Assembly: GCA_037310415.1 (NCBI GenBank)
Contig: CP147780.1
Span: 1-64,000 of the forward strand
From: Candidatus Atabeyarchaeum deiterrae
GTDB taxonomy: Archaea; Asgardarchaeota; Atabeyarchaeia; Atabeyarchaeales; Atabeyarchaeaceae
DNA: 64,000 bases
Direction of reading: 5' to 3'
In this document: positions 18,535 through 28,668 of the stretch, in pieces
How the letters are laid out: each line of letters begins with the position of its first letter
How positions within the stretch are numbered: position 1 is the stretch's first letter
Position numbers and translations under genes: made by a program
The notes under the pieces: model-generated
Told to the model about the DNA's origin: nothing
Database searches by the model: none
Seen by the model: the letters and a program-made list of their open reading frames with translations, nothing else

Positions 18535-19563
18535 TTGGTGACATTGAGGATCTTGTTTAAGACCATAAAAGGACTGGAGAAGGTCGCTTCAGAGGAGATT
18601 CTTGAGAAACTGAATTTGGCTAAGTTGGTCTTTTCCCCGTACGGTCCTCACGGCTGGCTTAGGTGTGAAGTCAAAGACAGTTCTTTTCCTGATGTAAGGA
18701 GATTAAGATCCATAAGCGAAGCATACATGCTTCTTCATGACGAAACTTACACTGAGAGGTTCTCCATAGATCATTTCGCCGATGCGACGGTAGAAGCCAT
18801 CCCCAGTTACGCGCCTCACGCTCGAAGGATTTCTGTATCAGCTTATTCAACCAACAAGAAGTTTAGCCAGAGAGTGATACAAGGAGCTTTCTCGAAAAGA
18901 ATCCGCGAGAAACTCAATGCTGAGTGTAGCTTGAAGGACTGCGATACGATATTGAGAATCAACCTGCTCAGGAAGGCGGTGATTGCAGCGATCGACCTTC
19001 ACATAAGACCTGGGAACATCCAAAAGAAACTTGAAACGCACCCAACAGCACTACTTCCACCAATAGCGTACTGTATGATCAGATTGTCCTCTCCTCAAGG
19101 AGACGAGCAACTACTTGACCCGATGTGTGGCTGTGGAACAATACCAATTATGGCGGCACTTGAGTGGAGAGAACTGAAGATAGCCGGTTCAGATGTCTCA
19201 GGTGACTACGTGTCGTGTGCTTCGAGAAATGCCGAAGCGATGGGTGTAGCGGACAAAGTGAGATTCTTCGTTAGTGACATAGCTGACCTTCCAAGCAAGG
19301 GAATCGAAGCTGACATGATAGCTGTCAATCCGCCTTACGGCATAGCTCGACCAGTGCAGACAGAATTGAAGAAGTTCTATGACTCAATCTTTGAAGTAGC
19401 TCATAGAGTCTTATCAAGCAAAGGTAGGATCGCGATAGTCACGCCCTACCCCGAGATCATAGAGAAGGCGGCCTCAAAGTTCACGTTTAGAGTTGGGTCT
19501 GTCTATAAGATCTCCGAAGGCGAGTTGCCGCGAACCATTCATATTATTGAGAAATCTTCGTAA
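18535..19563 (+). CDS. THUMP-domain tRNA guanine-N2 methyltransferase (Trm14/TrmN-like)
   Basis: N-terminal KTIKGLE, LDPMCGCGTIP, NPPYG. TTG start follows GGTGA. Confidence 0.75.
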   Translation: MVTLRILFKTIKGLEKVASEEILEKLNLAKLVFSPYGPHGWLRCEVKDSSFPDVRRLRSISEAYMLLHDETYTERFSIDHFADATVEAIPSYAPHARRISVSAYSTNKKFSQRVIQGAFSKRIREKLNAECSLKDCDTILRINLLRKAVIAAIDLHIRPGNIQKKLETHPTALLPPIAYCMIRLSSPQGDEQLLDPMCGCGTIPIMAALEWRELKIAGSDVSGDYVSCASRNAEAMGVADKVRFFVSDIADLPSKGIEADMIAVNPPYGIARPVQTELKKFYDSIFEVAHRVLSSKGRIAIVTPYPEIIEKAASKFTFRVGSVYKISEGELPRTIHIIEKSS

Positions 19564-19596
19564 GAAGAATCGGTTACCAGAGGAGGGTGGCACCTA

Positions 19597-20007
19597 ATGC
19601 GAAGGGAGGCTTTCAAGGTTGTGTCATGTTTTGTGACCTGCAAGGGGAAGGTTCTAATCCTGAAGCGCAGCCAAAAGGTTCGCACTTACGGTGGCCGCTG
19701 GGCTGCTGTCAGTGGATACCTTGAGAAAGGAGAAGATCCACTGGACAGGGCATTCAGGGAGTTGAGTGAAGAAGTTGGTCTTCTGAGAGAAGATGTCGAA
19801 CTAGTTAGGAAAGGTGAGCCGATCAGTGTTGCTGACAGCGAGAGCAATCTGAATTGGATCGTTTACCCATTTCTCTTCAATAGCAAAACGAATGAAGTTA
19901 GAATCGATTGGGAGCATGACGAGTACAAATGGATCAATCCAGAAGATCTCAGAAATTATGAAACGGTTCCCATGCTTAAGGAAGCTCTCTTGTCAATCTT
20001 GAAGTGA
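19597..20007 (+). CDS. NUDIX hydrolase
   Basis: GYLEKGEDPLDRAFRELSEEVGL Nudix box and WEH motif. Confidence 0.9.
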   Translation: MRREAFKVVSCFVTCKGKVLILKRSQKVRTYGGRWAAVSGYLEKGEDPLDRAFRELSEEVGLLREDVELVRKGEPISVADSESNLNWIVYPFLFNSKTNEVRIDWEHDEYKWINPEDLRNYETVPMLKEALLSILK

Positions 20008-20072
20008 CTGACCGTAGGAGCATCTCTTAGTGAGATGCACAAGAAAAAAAGGAGTATGATTTGTCCTACCTA

Positions 20073-21257
20073 TTATGTGAGAATCTCATGCAGTAGGTCT
20101 TCCTCTATCGCTCGTCTTAGTTCTAATGCTGTTCTCCGTCCAGATGACATTCGTTGTCGCCACAGCAAGTTGCCGTAGTTGTGTCCAACCCATCCGTGGA
20201 CGTTGGTTCCGCCGCCTATTCTGAAAGCTACGTCGTATACCACTGGCTTCATTTCTGGAGTGATTATTGTTTGCAGGCAGAAGGCTCCGATCATGCCGGG
20301 TGCCATGTGTTGCTGTGTAGCTTTCTGGAACTTCTCTCCCATTTCGAATACGAATCTCAGTATTGATTCTCTGACTGTGCATGAGTTGTGTCCGACGACT
20401 ACGTAGAGTGGGTCTCTCATTTTTTCGCTAATCTCAAGTTGCTGAGCTGCGGGCAGCCTCACTAATCCGTCGAGATTGCTTTCAAATCTCCAGTCTATTC
20501 CGAGCAGTTCGAGTGGTTCTTCGTTGAGTTTAGCGCTGACTGGGCTGTAGAAAAAGTCAAAATTCATTACTGGTCCAAGAATGTATTGCTCGATTCTGGC
20601 TTTGTCGAGGTCATCTTTGGTGATTATGTCGCGTTGCAGTAGTCGACCGGCTTTTTCGTCGAACTCTTTGCGACTCGACGCTGTGAAGAATCCTCTTTCA
20701 AGATGCATTTGCTTATGTTTTAGCTTCACCATGGCTAGTCCGGATTTCTCGATCTCATCTGGCGAGTCGAGTTTCTTTGGTGTTGCTATTCCTGCAGCTT
20801 CACATAGCGAGTAGTAGTCTGAGATCTTTCCTTCTTCGATCTCTCCCCTTTTTCCGCGCTCCTCTATCCTCAACATGTTCCTGCTTCCGAGGATTGGGAT
20901 CTTGAATTGCTCCTCAATCTCAGTCTCTCCTACGTAGACTGTGAAAGCACGGTTTGGCACTATCATGATGTTGTTGTTTCTCATGTAGTCTTGCTGTTCG
21001 AGCATTTGCTTGAATTTCTCTAACACGATTGTGTTGTCGACACAGCCCTTGGTTAGCTTTCCTTTGATGTATTGGCTTTTGAAGAAACGTGTGTATGGTT
21101 CCTCTCGTCCTTTTTCACACCAAGCATATGTTTGAAATCCTTCATCCTTAGCGCCGTCGAGTATGTCCAATGCGCTATGTGAACCGATACTGCCAACAGC
21201 TATCTTCTTCGAGTTGTAATCATCGACGATCTGCCAGATCTCTTCTCTATTTATCAT
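20073..21257 (-). CDS. purP: PurP/PurP-like ATP-grasp FAICAR synthetase (DUF1297 family)
   Basis: GSHSALDILDGAKDEG, VPNR, ERGFF, ELLGIDWRFESNLDG, RES, RIGGGTN, SSGRRTA. Confidence 0.85.
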   Translation of the reverse strand: MINREEIWQIVDDYNSKKIAVGSIGSHSALDILDGAKDEGFQTYAWCEKGREEPYTRFFKSQYIKGKLTKGCVDNTIVLEKFKQMLEQQDYMRNNNIMIVPNRAFTVYVGETEIEEQFKIPILGSRNMLRIEERGKRGEIEEGKISDYYSLCEAAGIATPKKLDSPDEIEKSGLAMVKLKHKQMHLERGFFTASSRKEFDEKAGRLLQRDIITKDDLDKARIEQYILGPVMNFDFFYSPVSAKLNEEPLELLGIDWRFESNLDGLVRLPAAQQLEISEKMRDPLYVVVGHNSCTVRESILRFVFEMGEKFQKATQQHMAPGMIGAFCLQTIITPEMKPVVYDVAFRIGGGTNVHGWVGHNYGNLLWRQRMSSGRRTALELRRAIEEDLLHEILT

Positions 21258-21413
21258 TGTTAAACGCAAACCCCTTTTCTCGCGGCTTTTGGTTCAAAAA
21301 CTCTAAGTTAGAGTCATCTCTAATCCTATTTAAAATCTTTTGAGCGCCGCGAAGCAACCTAGTTAACTCTGCAGAAGCGCTTTGCCTTGTCCGATTGATC
21401 AATAGGGTTGGAA

Positions 21414-22535
21414 TCAATACTTCAACGCTGAGCCTTTGTTTGTTCTAATCGCTATTGTTTCTTCCTTTGTCAATTCGCCGATGGCAATAGCTTTCGTGTC
21501 ATGCTTTTCGCAGATGGCTGATACTTCTTCAACCTGACTTTTTGGTGTGACTATGCAGAAGCCTATCCCCATATTGAATGTTCTATACATTTCCTCTTCG
21601 CTTACCAGTCCTAACTTTGCTATTGCTTCGAAGATGTATTGCGGTTTGGGCATCTTGTCCAGTTTGAATCCAACGTGTGCATATTGACCTATTCTTCTAA
21701 GCTTGGTAAATGCCCCTCCAGTTATGTGAGCAAGCCCATGTACCTCAGTCTCCTTGATGACTTCGAGGACTTCTGGGGAGTAGATTTTTGTTGGCATTAG
21801 GAGTTCCTCACCGACTCCAAACTCCGAACCAGGCAGACTGTCGTCAACTGTCAGTTTGGATGTCTCAAGTAGGACTTTTCTCGCCATTGTGAGTCCGTTA
21901 CTGTGAATCCCGGAGCTTGCCAGTCCCACTACAATGTCCCCCTGCCTCATCTTCCCCCCCAAGATCACCGATTTTCTGTCGACTATTCCGATGGTTGTTC
22001 CCGCGAGATCGAATCCAACTCCAATGCGTGCCCCGCGTATGATATCCGGAACCGAAGCTGTCTCGCCGCCAACTATGGCAATACTTGCCCTTCGGGCGCC
22101 CTCAACGATGCCCGATACGATCTCTCTTATCAGGTTGGTGTCATATTTCTCGACTGCTAAATAGTCGACCAGCGCGATTGGTTCTGCGCCGACGCACACC
22201 AAGTCGTTCACATTCATGGCAACAAGATCTATTCCAACTGTGTCATATTTCTCAAGGAGCTGGGCTACAAGTACCTTGGTGCCTACGTTGTCAGCGTGAA
22301 CTGCGACAAGCTTGTCTCCTGCACCTATGTCGATCAGCCCTGCATAGTGTCTCTTTATGTTCAGAGGTTGTCCGTTCTTCGATCTGCGGAACTTGAAGGT
22401 CGTGCCGACGAGTTTCCATATTTCTGAGATGGCTTTCTCATCCTCGTCCAAGTCCACTCCTGCCTTTGAGTATGTCCACTCGTCACCTTCACTCGCAGTC
22501 TCCTCATCTTCACTCACAGTTAGCAAGCTCCTCAC
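21414..22535 (-). CDS. purM: Phosphoribosylformylglycinamidine cyclo-ligase
   Basis: TYSKAGVD, DNVGTK, VAMNVND, GGETA, SSGIHSNG, HITGG, TFNMGIG. Confidence 0.95.
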   Translation of the reverse strand: MRSLLTVSEDEETASEGDEWTYSKAGVDLDEDEKAISEIWKLVGTTFKFRRSKNGQPLNIKRHYAGLIDIGAGDKLVAVHADNVGTKVLVAQLLEKYDTVGIDLVAMNVNDLVCVGAEPIALVDYLAVEKYDTNLIREIVSGIVEGARRASIAIVGGETASVPDIIRGARIGVGFDLAGTTIGIVDRKSVILGGKMRQGDIVVGLASSGIHSNGLTMARKVLLETSKLTVDDSLPGSEFGVGEELLMPTKIYSPEVLEVIKETEVHGLAHITGGAFTKLRRIGQYAHVGFKLDKMPKPQYIFEAIAKLGLVSEEEMYRTFNMGIGFCIVTPKSQVEEVSAICEKHDTKAIAIGELTKEETIAIRTNKGSALKY

Positions 22536-22618
22536 GCTATATTTTTAGCGAAGTTCCAAGAAGGATAGACGGAGATAAATCTTTGCTGGGGTTCGTCGGG
22601 ACGCCCTTAAGCGATTCC

Positions 22619-23998
22619 TTAAGATAGACCTGCTTTCTTCAGAATGCTTCGCGCCACTACGAGACCTGTTGCCCCTGCGCTTACTATTCCTCTCGATACT
22701 CCCACTCCGTCTCCAGCCACGAAAAGGTTCGGTATCTCAGTTTCCAAACCTTTGTTCGTTAGTACTCGCTTGGCGCTATACTTGATCTCTGGTGCGTACA
22801 GAAGTGTTGGATCGCTTGCTACGCCGGGTATAAGCTCATCCAGTTTTTCTAGACCCTCGACTATATCTGTGACTATTCTGTGAGGCATTGCCATTGCTAT
22901 GTCTCCTGGTGTGACGTCCCTAAGTGTCGGTCGAACGGCGCTCCTCGTAATTCGCTCCCACGTTGACCTTCTTCCGCCTCTGAGGTCACCTAAGCGCTGC
23001 ACTAGAGGCTTGCCTCCTCCGAGTAATGTCGCCTGTTTTCCTATTGATCTGCCGTACGCTGTCGTGTCTTCAAATGGCTGGGTTAGGATAATTCTCGCAA
23101 GGAAAGCGAAGTTTGTGCCATCAGATTTGTCTGATAGCGAAGAGTGACCGTTGACACAAACATGATCCTCGTACACCTCTTGTACGACATAGCCTTGGTG
23201 ATTAACGCAGAATGTTCTTATGAAGTCGTCATAAGTGTGAGTGTATATGTGGAATTTGGGGTCTCTCTGTATGCTACAGATCGGCTCCATTATTGTGGCT
23301 GGGACTTCAACTCTGACGCCTATGTCTAGGGGTTCGAACCTTGTTTTGACTTTCAGCTTCTCCATCTGCTCCGCAACCCATTCCATTCCAGATCTCCCAG
23401 GAGCGAGCAAAATGTACTTAGCTGACACTTTTTCTCCTTGCTTCAGTAATAATGTGTGATTCTGAACTTCATCTACTTTAGCCCTCAGCTTGAACCTCAC
23501 GCCTCTACTCTCAAGTGTCTTTTTTATGTTACTTATAACTTGGGGCGCATTGTCTGTACCTATTAAGCGTTGGGTTGTCGGTATGAATCGGAGCCCTGCT
23601 GAAGCAGCCTTACGGCTCAGTTCTTCAATACCCTCTTTGCTGGGGTCAAACATCTTGTCCGGAGCGCCGTTTTCCTTGAATACGCTATCGACCTGCTTCA
23701 CAAGATCCCACGCTTCGCCCTCGGTTTCTGTGAATTCAGTCAGGTCGCCGCCAATGTACGGGTTTAGGTTGAGTAACCCACTTGAGAAGGTTCCCGCACC
23801 GCCCACGCCACATAGAATGTTGCACGGCTTACATTTCGTGCATATGGTGTATACTCTTGCTGGACAGTTTCTTTTTTCAACATCGTTGCCCATTTCAACT
23901 ATGACTATCTTCATCTTGCTTTTTTCTGATAGTTCATATGCTGCAAGTAGACCGGCAGCGCCAGCGCCTACAATGGCGACATCAAAATCGGTGCTCGT
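22619..23998 (-). CDS. FAD-dependent oxidoreductase (COG2509-like)
   Basis: The in-frame extension beyond the tracked ORF supplies the Rossmann motif (FDVAIVGAGAAGLLAA). Also GVGGAGTFS, LAPGRSG, DIGVRVE, RTFC, NGHS, YAPEIK, GDGVG. The only start candidate is ACG at 23998. Confidence 0.85.
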   Translation of the reverse strand, partial: TSTDFDVAIVGAGAAGLLAAYELSEKSKMKIVIVEMGNDVEKRNCPARVYTICTKCKPCNILCGVGGAGTFSSGLLNLNPYIGGDLTEFTETEGEAWDLVKQVDSVFKENGAPDKMFDPSKEGIEELSRKAASAGLRFIPTTQRLIGTDNAPQVISNIKKTLESRGVRFKLRAKVDEVQNHTLLLKQGEKVSAKYILLAPGRSGMEWVAEQMEKLKVKTRFEPLDIGVRVEVPATIMEPICSIQRDPKFHIYTHTYDDFIRTFCVNHQGYVVQEVYEDHVCVNGHSSLSDKSDGTNFAFLARIILTQPFEDTTAYGRSIGKQATLLGGGKPLVQRLGDLRGGRRSTWERITRSAVRPTLRDVTPGDIAMAMPHRIVTDIVEGLEKLDELIPGVASDPTLLYAPEIKYSAKRVLTNKGLETEIPNLFVAGDGVGVSRGIVSAGATGLVVARSILKKAGLS

Positions 23999-24288
23999 GA
24001 AAAGACCCCCTTTAAATCTCGGTCAGCGAGAAAGCAGTCAGGGAACGGTGAGACCACCGACATACTGCTATTAGACACCTTTCTCTGGGTGAACTCACGT
24101 TTACCTCGGTTCAATCGACGAGGAATCCACCGACTATTTAGCACAGAGCTTGCATTTAAATCTTGCTTACCGCGAATGCTATGTTACCATATTCCTTTTT
24201 ATGCTGTGAATGAATTAACCATTTGTAGTCTGACTTGAAGAAAAGCAGTCAATGAATGAACTCAGTGTCGTCTCGGAGATGTTGAATC

Positions 24289-24732
24289 ATGTCACAGGGA
24301 GCCAAAGTGGCTATCGTGATTGGCTCGAAATCAGATGAAGAGGTTTCAAAGAATGCTACAAAGGTTCTTGATGATTTTGGCATCCCGTATGATTTGAAGG
24401 TAATATCAGCTCATAGAAATCCTGAGACCCTAAAAGAGTACGTTGAGAAATCGGATTCTATAGAAATCTTCATCGCTATCGCCGGTTTAGCGGCTCATCT
24501 GCCTGGAGCCATAGCGGCCAGAACAACCAAGCCCGTGATCGGAGTCCCCGTCTCGGCTAAGCTGGGAGGTCTAGATTCTCTTCTGTCCATAGTTCAGATG
24601 CCCAAAGGTGTCCCTGTAGCATGCGTCGCCATCGACGGAACTCAAAATGCAGCTCTCTTAGCCGTAGAGATACTTGCGTTGAAAGACAAGCAACTTGCTA
24701 ACAAACTCAAGGACTATCGAGCAAAACTGTGA
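24289..24732 (+). CDS. purE: N5-CAIR mutase / AIR carboxylase
   Basis: [39 protein letters not shown]. Confidence 0.96.
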   Translation: MSQGAKVAIVIGSKSDEEVSKNATKVLDDFGIPYDLKVISAHRNPETLKEYVEKSDSIEIFIAIAGLAAHLPGAIAARTTKPVIGVPVSAKLGGLDSLLSIVQMPKGVPVACVAIDGTQNAALLAVEILALKDKQLANKLKDYRAKL

Positions 24733-24748
24733 TAGAAGGGTTCCTGTG

Positions 24749-25918
24749 TCAGAGCTTCTTGACGTAGTCCTTGCAGGTCCTGTTGACTCGTGTTACCAAG
24801 TCCAAGTTCTCCCTGATCTCTTTTGAGGTGAATACTCTCACTTGAGGGGTCGCTTTTTCTTCGTATGGGAGATCCTTGTTCAACTCCTTCTGAAGGGTCT
24901 CTTTCGATTCATTGGTTAATAGTTTGTTTGAAATCGCGAATTCGATTACATGAGTAAGTGACATCATGCTGGGTGTTGCCGTATTGATTCTTGATGAGAG
25001 GAGAGCTTCTCTGTTTGTGCAGTTGATTGATATGCCGTGACCCGCATGCGTTAGGGGGTCGGCGTCCACAATACTATCACCTATGTAGACAAGGTCATCT
25101 TTTTTCACGTTTTCACGTTTCTCGATTGACATTAGCGATACTTTCTTTCTGTGTGCTCCCATGACTCCAAATTCAGAGTAGAGAAGGTACCATAGATCCT
25201 CTGCAAGCAGCTCTTCTTTACTTCCGACTAACGCAAGGAGTTCTTGCTGTCTACTTTTCATTGTTTGGAAAGCATGCTCGCTGGCATTGCCTGCCGCATA
25301 CAATTTGCCCATCTTGATGCAGACATCCAAGTAATTGTCCAGGAATTCGTTGAGGATTTTTGAACCAGAGTGTCTCTCATAGGGGAACCTGTCATGGATT
25401 TCTCTTTTCAGAACTCCTTCAGTGCCAAGGGTTTTCTGCATTCTCTCGGTATCGTATCTTTCAGCCTTTTTTTTCGTCAGTTGGTATCCGTTACAGAAAA
25501 CGTGTGAGGATGGAATTCCGAGTCTGTATGCGACCGGAATTATGGCTGCGGGATGAGCGCTTGAGATGAAGTATGGTTCAATCCCCTTCTCTTCTATTAG
25601 CCATTTAATCAGTTGCGGTGCACCAGGCGTGAATTTCAAGTAGTTGCTTGCTAGGCTTAGCAGGGAGTCATTCTTGAGACCCTGAGCGATGGCAAGCAAT
25701 GAAGCTATTACCGGCGTCGTACCTGTTGAGTGACCCTCTACATCTCGTTCATGTTTCCATCTGTAATCGTCATATTCATCGAAGACCTTGACTCTATCAC
25801 TCAAGATCTTCAACCTATCATCATTGCCGAGATGCTCTATGGTCAACCATGCGAAGTCGAAGGCGGGGTTTATTATTGGTCCTTCAACATCAAGGCACAC
25901 GACGCATCTTTTCGCCAA
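24749..25918 (-). CDS. HAD-superfamily phosphohydrolase (COG4030-like)
   Basis: Motif I DVEGPI, FISS, and YIGDSIVD. Confidence 0.7.
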   Translation of the reverse strand: MAKRCVVCLDVEGPIINPAFDFAWLTIEHLGNDDRLKILSDRVKVFDEYDDYRWKHERDVEGHSTGTTPVIASLLAIAQGLKNDSLLSLASNYLKFTPGAPQLIKWLIEEKGIEPYFISSAHPAAIIPVAYRLGIPSSHVFCNGYQLTKKKAERYDTERMQKTLGTEGVLKREIHDRFPYERHSGSKILNEFLDNYLDVCIKMGKLYAAGNASEHAFQTMKSRQQELLALVGSKEELLAEDLWYLLYSEFGVMGAHRKKVSLMSIEKRENVKKDDLVYIGDSIVDADPLTHAGHGISINCTNREALLSSRINTATPSMMSLTHVIEFAISNKLLTNESKETLQKELNKDLPYEEKATPQVRVFTSKEIRENLDLVTRVNRTCKDYVKKL

Positions 25919-25967
25919 CTTCCATCCGCATCCACATGGATAATAGTTGATGGGAGAGTCTTTTCAG

Positions 25968-26891
25968 TTATGGTCTCTGCTTTGACAGGAAGTCTTCCAC
26001 TTCTTGTCGAGTTGGCAGAGATCTCGCTCCCAATTGGGATACTTTAATGGCTGCTACTGCATTTGCGAATTCAGCTGCTTTGACCAAGCTTCTCCCTTCG
26101 ACTAAGGCTGTCAGGAGTCCCGCGCTGAAGGCGTCACCTGCTCCAGTTGTATCAACAACAGTTGACTTGAAGGCTGAGACTCTATCAACTTTGAGGCTGG
26201 AATCCGTTATCATGCATCCTTCGGGCCCGAGTGTCACCACAACAACTTCTGGTCCAGACTTCAAGAGTTTTCTAACCGCGAATTCAATGTTCTCTGACCC
26301 AAAGATCTGTTTAAGTTCTCCTCGCGATGAAACAAAGACATCCGTGTTTGAGAGCAACTTCTTGATCTTGTCGAACCCTTGGACAGCTATCAATTCACCC
26401 GGATTAATGGAGACTCTCGTCTCGACGTTTTGGGCAACTTTGGCAGCAGCTTCCAGAGGTTCAATACTCTTGAGGTCGGCGATATGCAGGAACTTGGATG
26501 ATGAAATGTAGTCTTTGTTGATGTGTTCTTCACTGAGTTCATTTGCGGCTCCGCTGTACGCAAACATCATCCGTCTCCCTTCTTTATCTAATGCCACATA
26601 GACTTGACCGGTTGGATGCGTCTTTGTCGTAATCACTCTGCTCGTGTCGACATTCTCTTTTCTCAAATCTTCAAGTAAGAACCGACCTTCGGAGTCATCA
26701 CCTACTACCCCAATAAAGCCTGATTTCATCCCGAGTCTGGAGCATGCAACCGCGAAGTTTGCAGCGGAGCCGCCAGCACGAACTTCAAGTCCTTCTACGA
26801 AGGTCTCTCCATCTACTGAGGGAAAGTACTCAACAGAAGCGACTCTGTCAACTAACAGCGCGCCCAGACCAATAACATCAATACTCTTCAT
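25968..26891 (-). CDS. PfkB/ribokinase-family kinase
   Basis: GGSAANFA, GVVGDD, VTLGPEG, DTTGAGDAF. Confidence 0.93.
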   Translation of the reverse strand: MKSIDVIGLGALLVDRVASVEYFPSVDGETFVEGLEVRAGGSAANFAVACSRLGMKSGFIGVVGDDSEGRFLLEDLRKENVDTSRVITTKTHPTGQVYVALDKEGRRMMFAYSGAANELSEEHINKDYISSSKFLHIADLKSIEPLEAAAKVAQNVETRVSINPGELIAVQGFDKIKKLLSNTDVFVSSRGELKQIFGSENIEFAVRKLLKSGPEVVVVTLGPEGCMITDSSLKVDRVSAFKSTVVDTTGAGDAFSAGLLTALVEGRSLVKAAEFANAVAAIKVSQLGARSLPTRQEVEDFLSKQRP

Positions 26892-26931
26892 ACTTCTTCC
26901 TCAGCGATATCCATGTTATTCTGATGTCTGA

Positions 26932-27939
26932 CTATAACAGATACGAGTCTAACCCCTTGATTAGTCTATACAGATAGTCCAAAGTGGGAGTCTTCACATT
27001 CAGTTTCCTAGCGAGTAAGAGAGGGTTTCCTAGTAGATCATCTACTTCGGTCTTTCTTCCCCGCTCAACATCTTGGAGAGCTGAGACCTTTACCCGCGTC
27101 ATTCCTGCGCGTTCGAGTCCTTTTCCATTGGCGACAACTATTCTGACGGCATCCTCAATAGGTGGATCGATAAGAGATTGGACTGGCATCTGAGGGTGAT
27201 CTTTGAGTGTGACTCCGTCTGCCTTGGCGATTTCCCCGAATTCTCTCATAAGTTGCACATAGCACCATGCGAGGTCGAAGTTCTTCAGAATCTTGTGCAA
27301 CTCAAGCTTAGTTAAAATTGACAATATCGCTCCTGAAGCCATCCGAATCAGTTTGCCCCACTCTACTGATCGTATGTCGTCTGCAACCTCCGCCCTCAGC
27401 CCCGCGTTATTAAAGAGGTTGACCATTTTCTCAGAGTCCTCGGCGCCATGGGTATCGCTTTCTCCACCCAACGCCCCGAAAAATGTTACTCCAGGTGCGG
27501 TGTGTTCAATCTCCCCGTAGTTTGTCAGTGTAACGCCTTCAGTGGTGGCTGCTCCTATGACTTTCCCTTGTCCAAACTTCTCTATCAGGTGGACGTTCTT
27601 GGTCAGTCCATTCTGCAGTGAAAAAGACAGTCGGAGAGAAGATGATAGATGAGAAATGCTGTCAAGTGCGTCAACCGTATCCTTGGTCTTTGTTGTCAGA
27701 ACGAGGGTGTCCGCGCTTCTGATTTTCGTGGAGTCATCAGTAGCTTTTACTTCAACTACCTTTGTACCTCGTGGTCCCTTGATGGTCAAACCCTTCTCTT
27801 TTATTGTTTCTGCGTGGCTTCTCCTCGCGATGAGGGTGACGTCACAACCCGATTCTGCTAACTGACCGCCGACGAGAGAACCAAGAGCTCCTGCTCCTAG
27901 AACAACGACTCTAATGCTTCCTCCACCTCCGGCAATCAT
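26932..27939 (-). CDS. panE: Ketopantoate reductase family protein
   Basis: VLGAGALG, TTKT, LQNGL, WGKL, SALQDVERGRKTEVD. The likely start is ATT 27915 or ATG 27939. Confidence 0.8.
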   Translation of the reverse strand: MIAGGGGSIRVVVLGAGALGSLVGGQLAESGCDVTLIARRSHAETIKEKGLTIKGPRGTKVVEVKATDDSTKIRSADTLVLTTKTKDTVDALDSISHLSSSLRLSFSLQNGLTKNVHLIEKFGQGKVIGAATTEGVTLTNYGEIEHTAPGVTFFGALGGESDTHGAEDSEKMVNLFNNAGLRAEVADDIRSVEWGKLIRMASGAILSILTKLELHKILKNFDLAWCYVQLMREFGEIAKADGVTLKDHPQMPVQSLIDPPIEDAVRIVVANGKGLERAGMTRVKVSALQDVERGRKTEVDDLLGNPLLLARKLNVKTPTLDYLYRLIKGLDSYLL

Positions 27940-28026
27940 GTTCTTCAATTGAAGGGAGTTCTTCTGAGTCCCAATCTGAAAGCAAGGAATGTCACAGATA
28001 TAGATGAGCTAAGTTCTTAAAATCAT

Positions 28027-28530
28027 CTAATGGTCTTCGCGAAGACCTACAAGCTCGTCCACTTTGCTTAATCCCTCAGATATTATTGTGATGAGTCTGC
28101 GAAGTTCCTCTTCTCTGTCCACTATCGTCATGTACCATTCCTTTGATTCACTTTGGTTTTCCTCTACAAAGGCGTGTCTTAGCTGAGAAGCGGCATCTAG
28201 AACTGCAGCAATCGACTCAGTTGTTTGTCTGGAAGCTTTCATTAATCCTTCAACAATTTCTACAGTCGAAGTGCCATAGTCCGTCGCGCCTATGGCATCT
28301 CTAAACTCTGCGAGGGAAGTAGAGAATCTCTCGCTTTTCCTGAGGCGGTCAGGCAAATGCATCTCTTCCATCTCTCTGAGCCACTTTGCATACGCGGTTC
28401 TCGTAAGCGTTCGAGCCTCATCTTGGGAGAAGTAAGCTGTTTGCGGAGCGTACTCATTGATCTCGAATTCACGCCATTCATTGAATGCTTCCTTTGCCCT
28501 TGACCATGCAGAATCTTCAGCTTGTGATAT
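28027..28530 (-). CDS. Uncharacterised helical protein (extended upstream of tracked ORF)
   Basis: The frame is open upstream of 28371 with protein-like sequence SQAEDSAWSRAKEAFNEWREFE...YAKWLRE. An AGGTG SD lies 7 nt before ATA at 28530. Confidence 0.55.
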   Translation of the reverse strand: MSQAEDSAWSRAKEAFNEWREFEINEYAPQTAYFSQDEARTLTRTAYAKWLREMEEMHLPDRLRKSERFSTSLAEFRDAIGATDYGTSTVEIVEGLMKASRQTTESIAAVLDAASQLRHAFVEENQSESKEWYMTIVDREEELRRLITIISEGLSKVDELVGLREDH

Positions 28531-28668
28531 TTCAATACACCTGCCATTTTAGCGAATAATCACATAGATATCGAGTGTTGAGAGTCATTGAAAAGTATTA
28601 GGCGAACTGTAATTTAGCATAACGGTCCAGCTGGCTGGTGCTCTGAGCCACAATGATCATTCTGGTCC

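Noticed and set aside
28290-28547. 85-aa ORF MAGVLKYHK...
   Set aside because: It is an alternative frame over the better protein-like upstream extension of the 28027 ORF.
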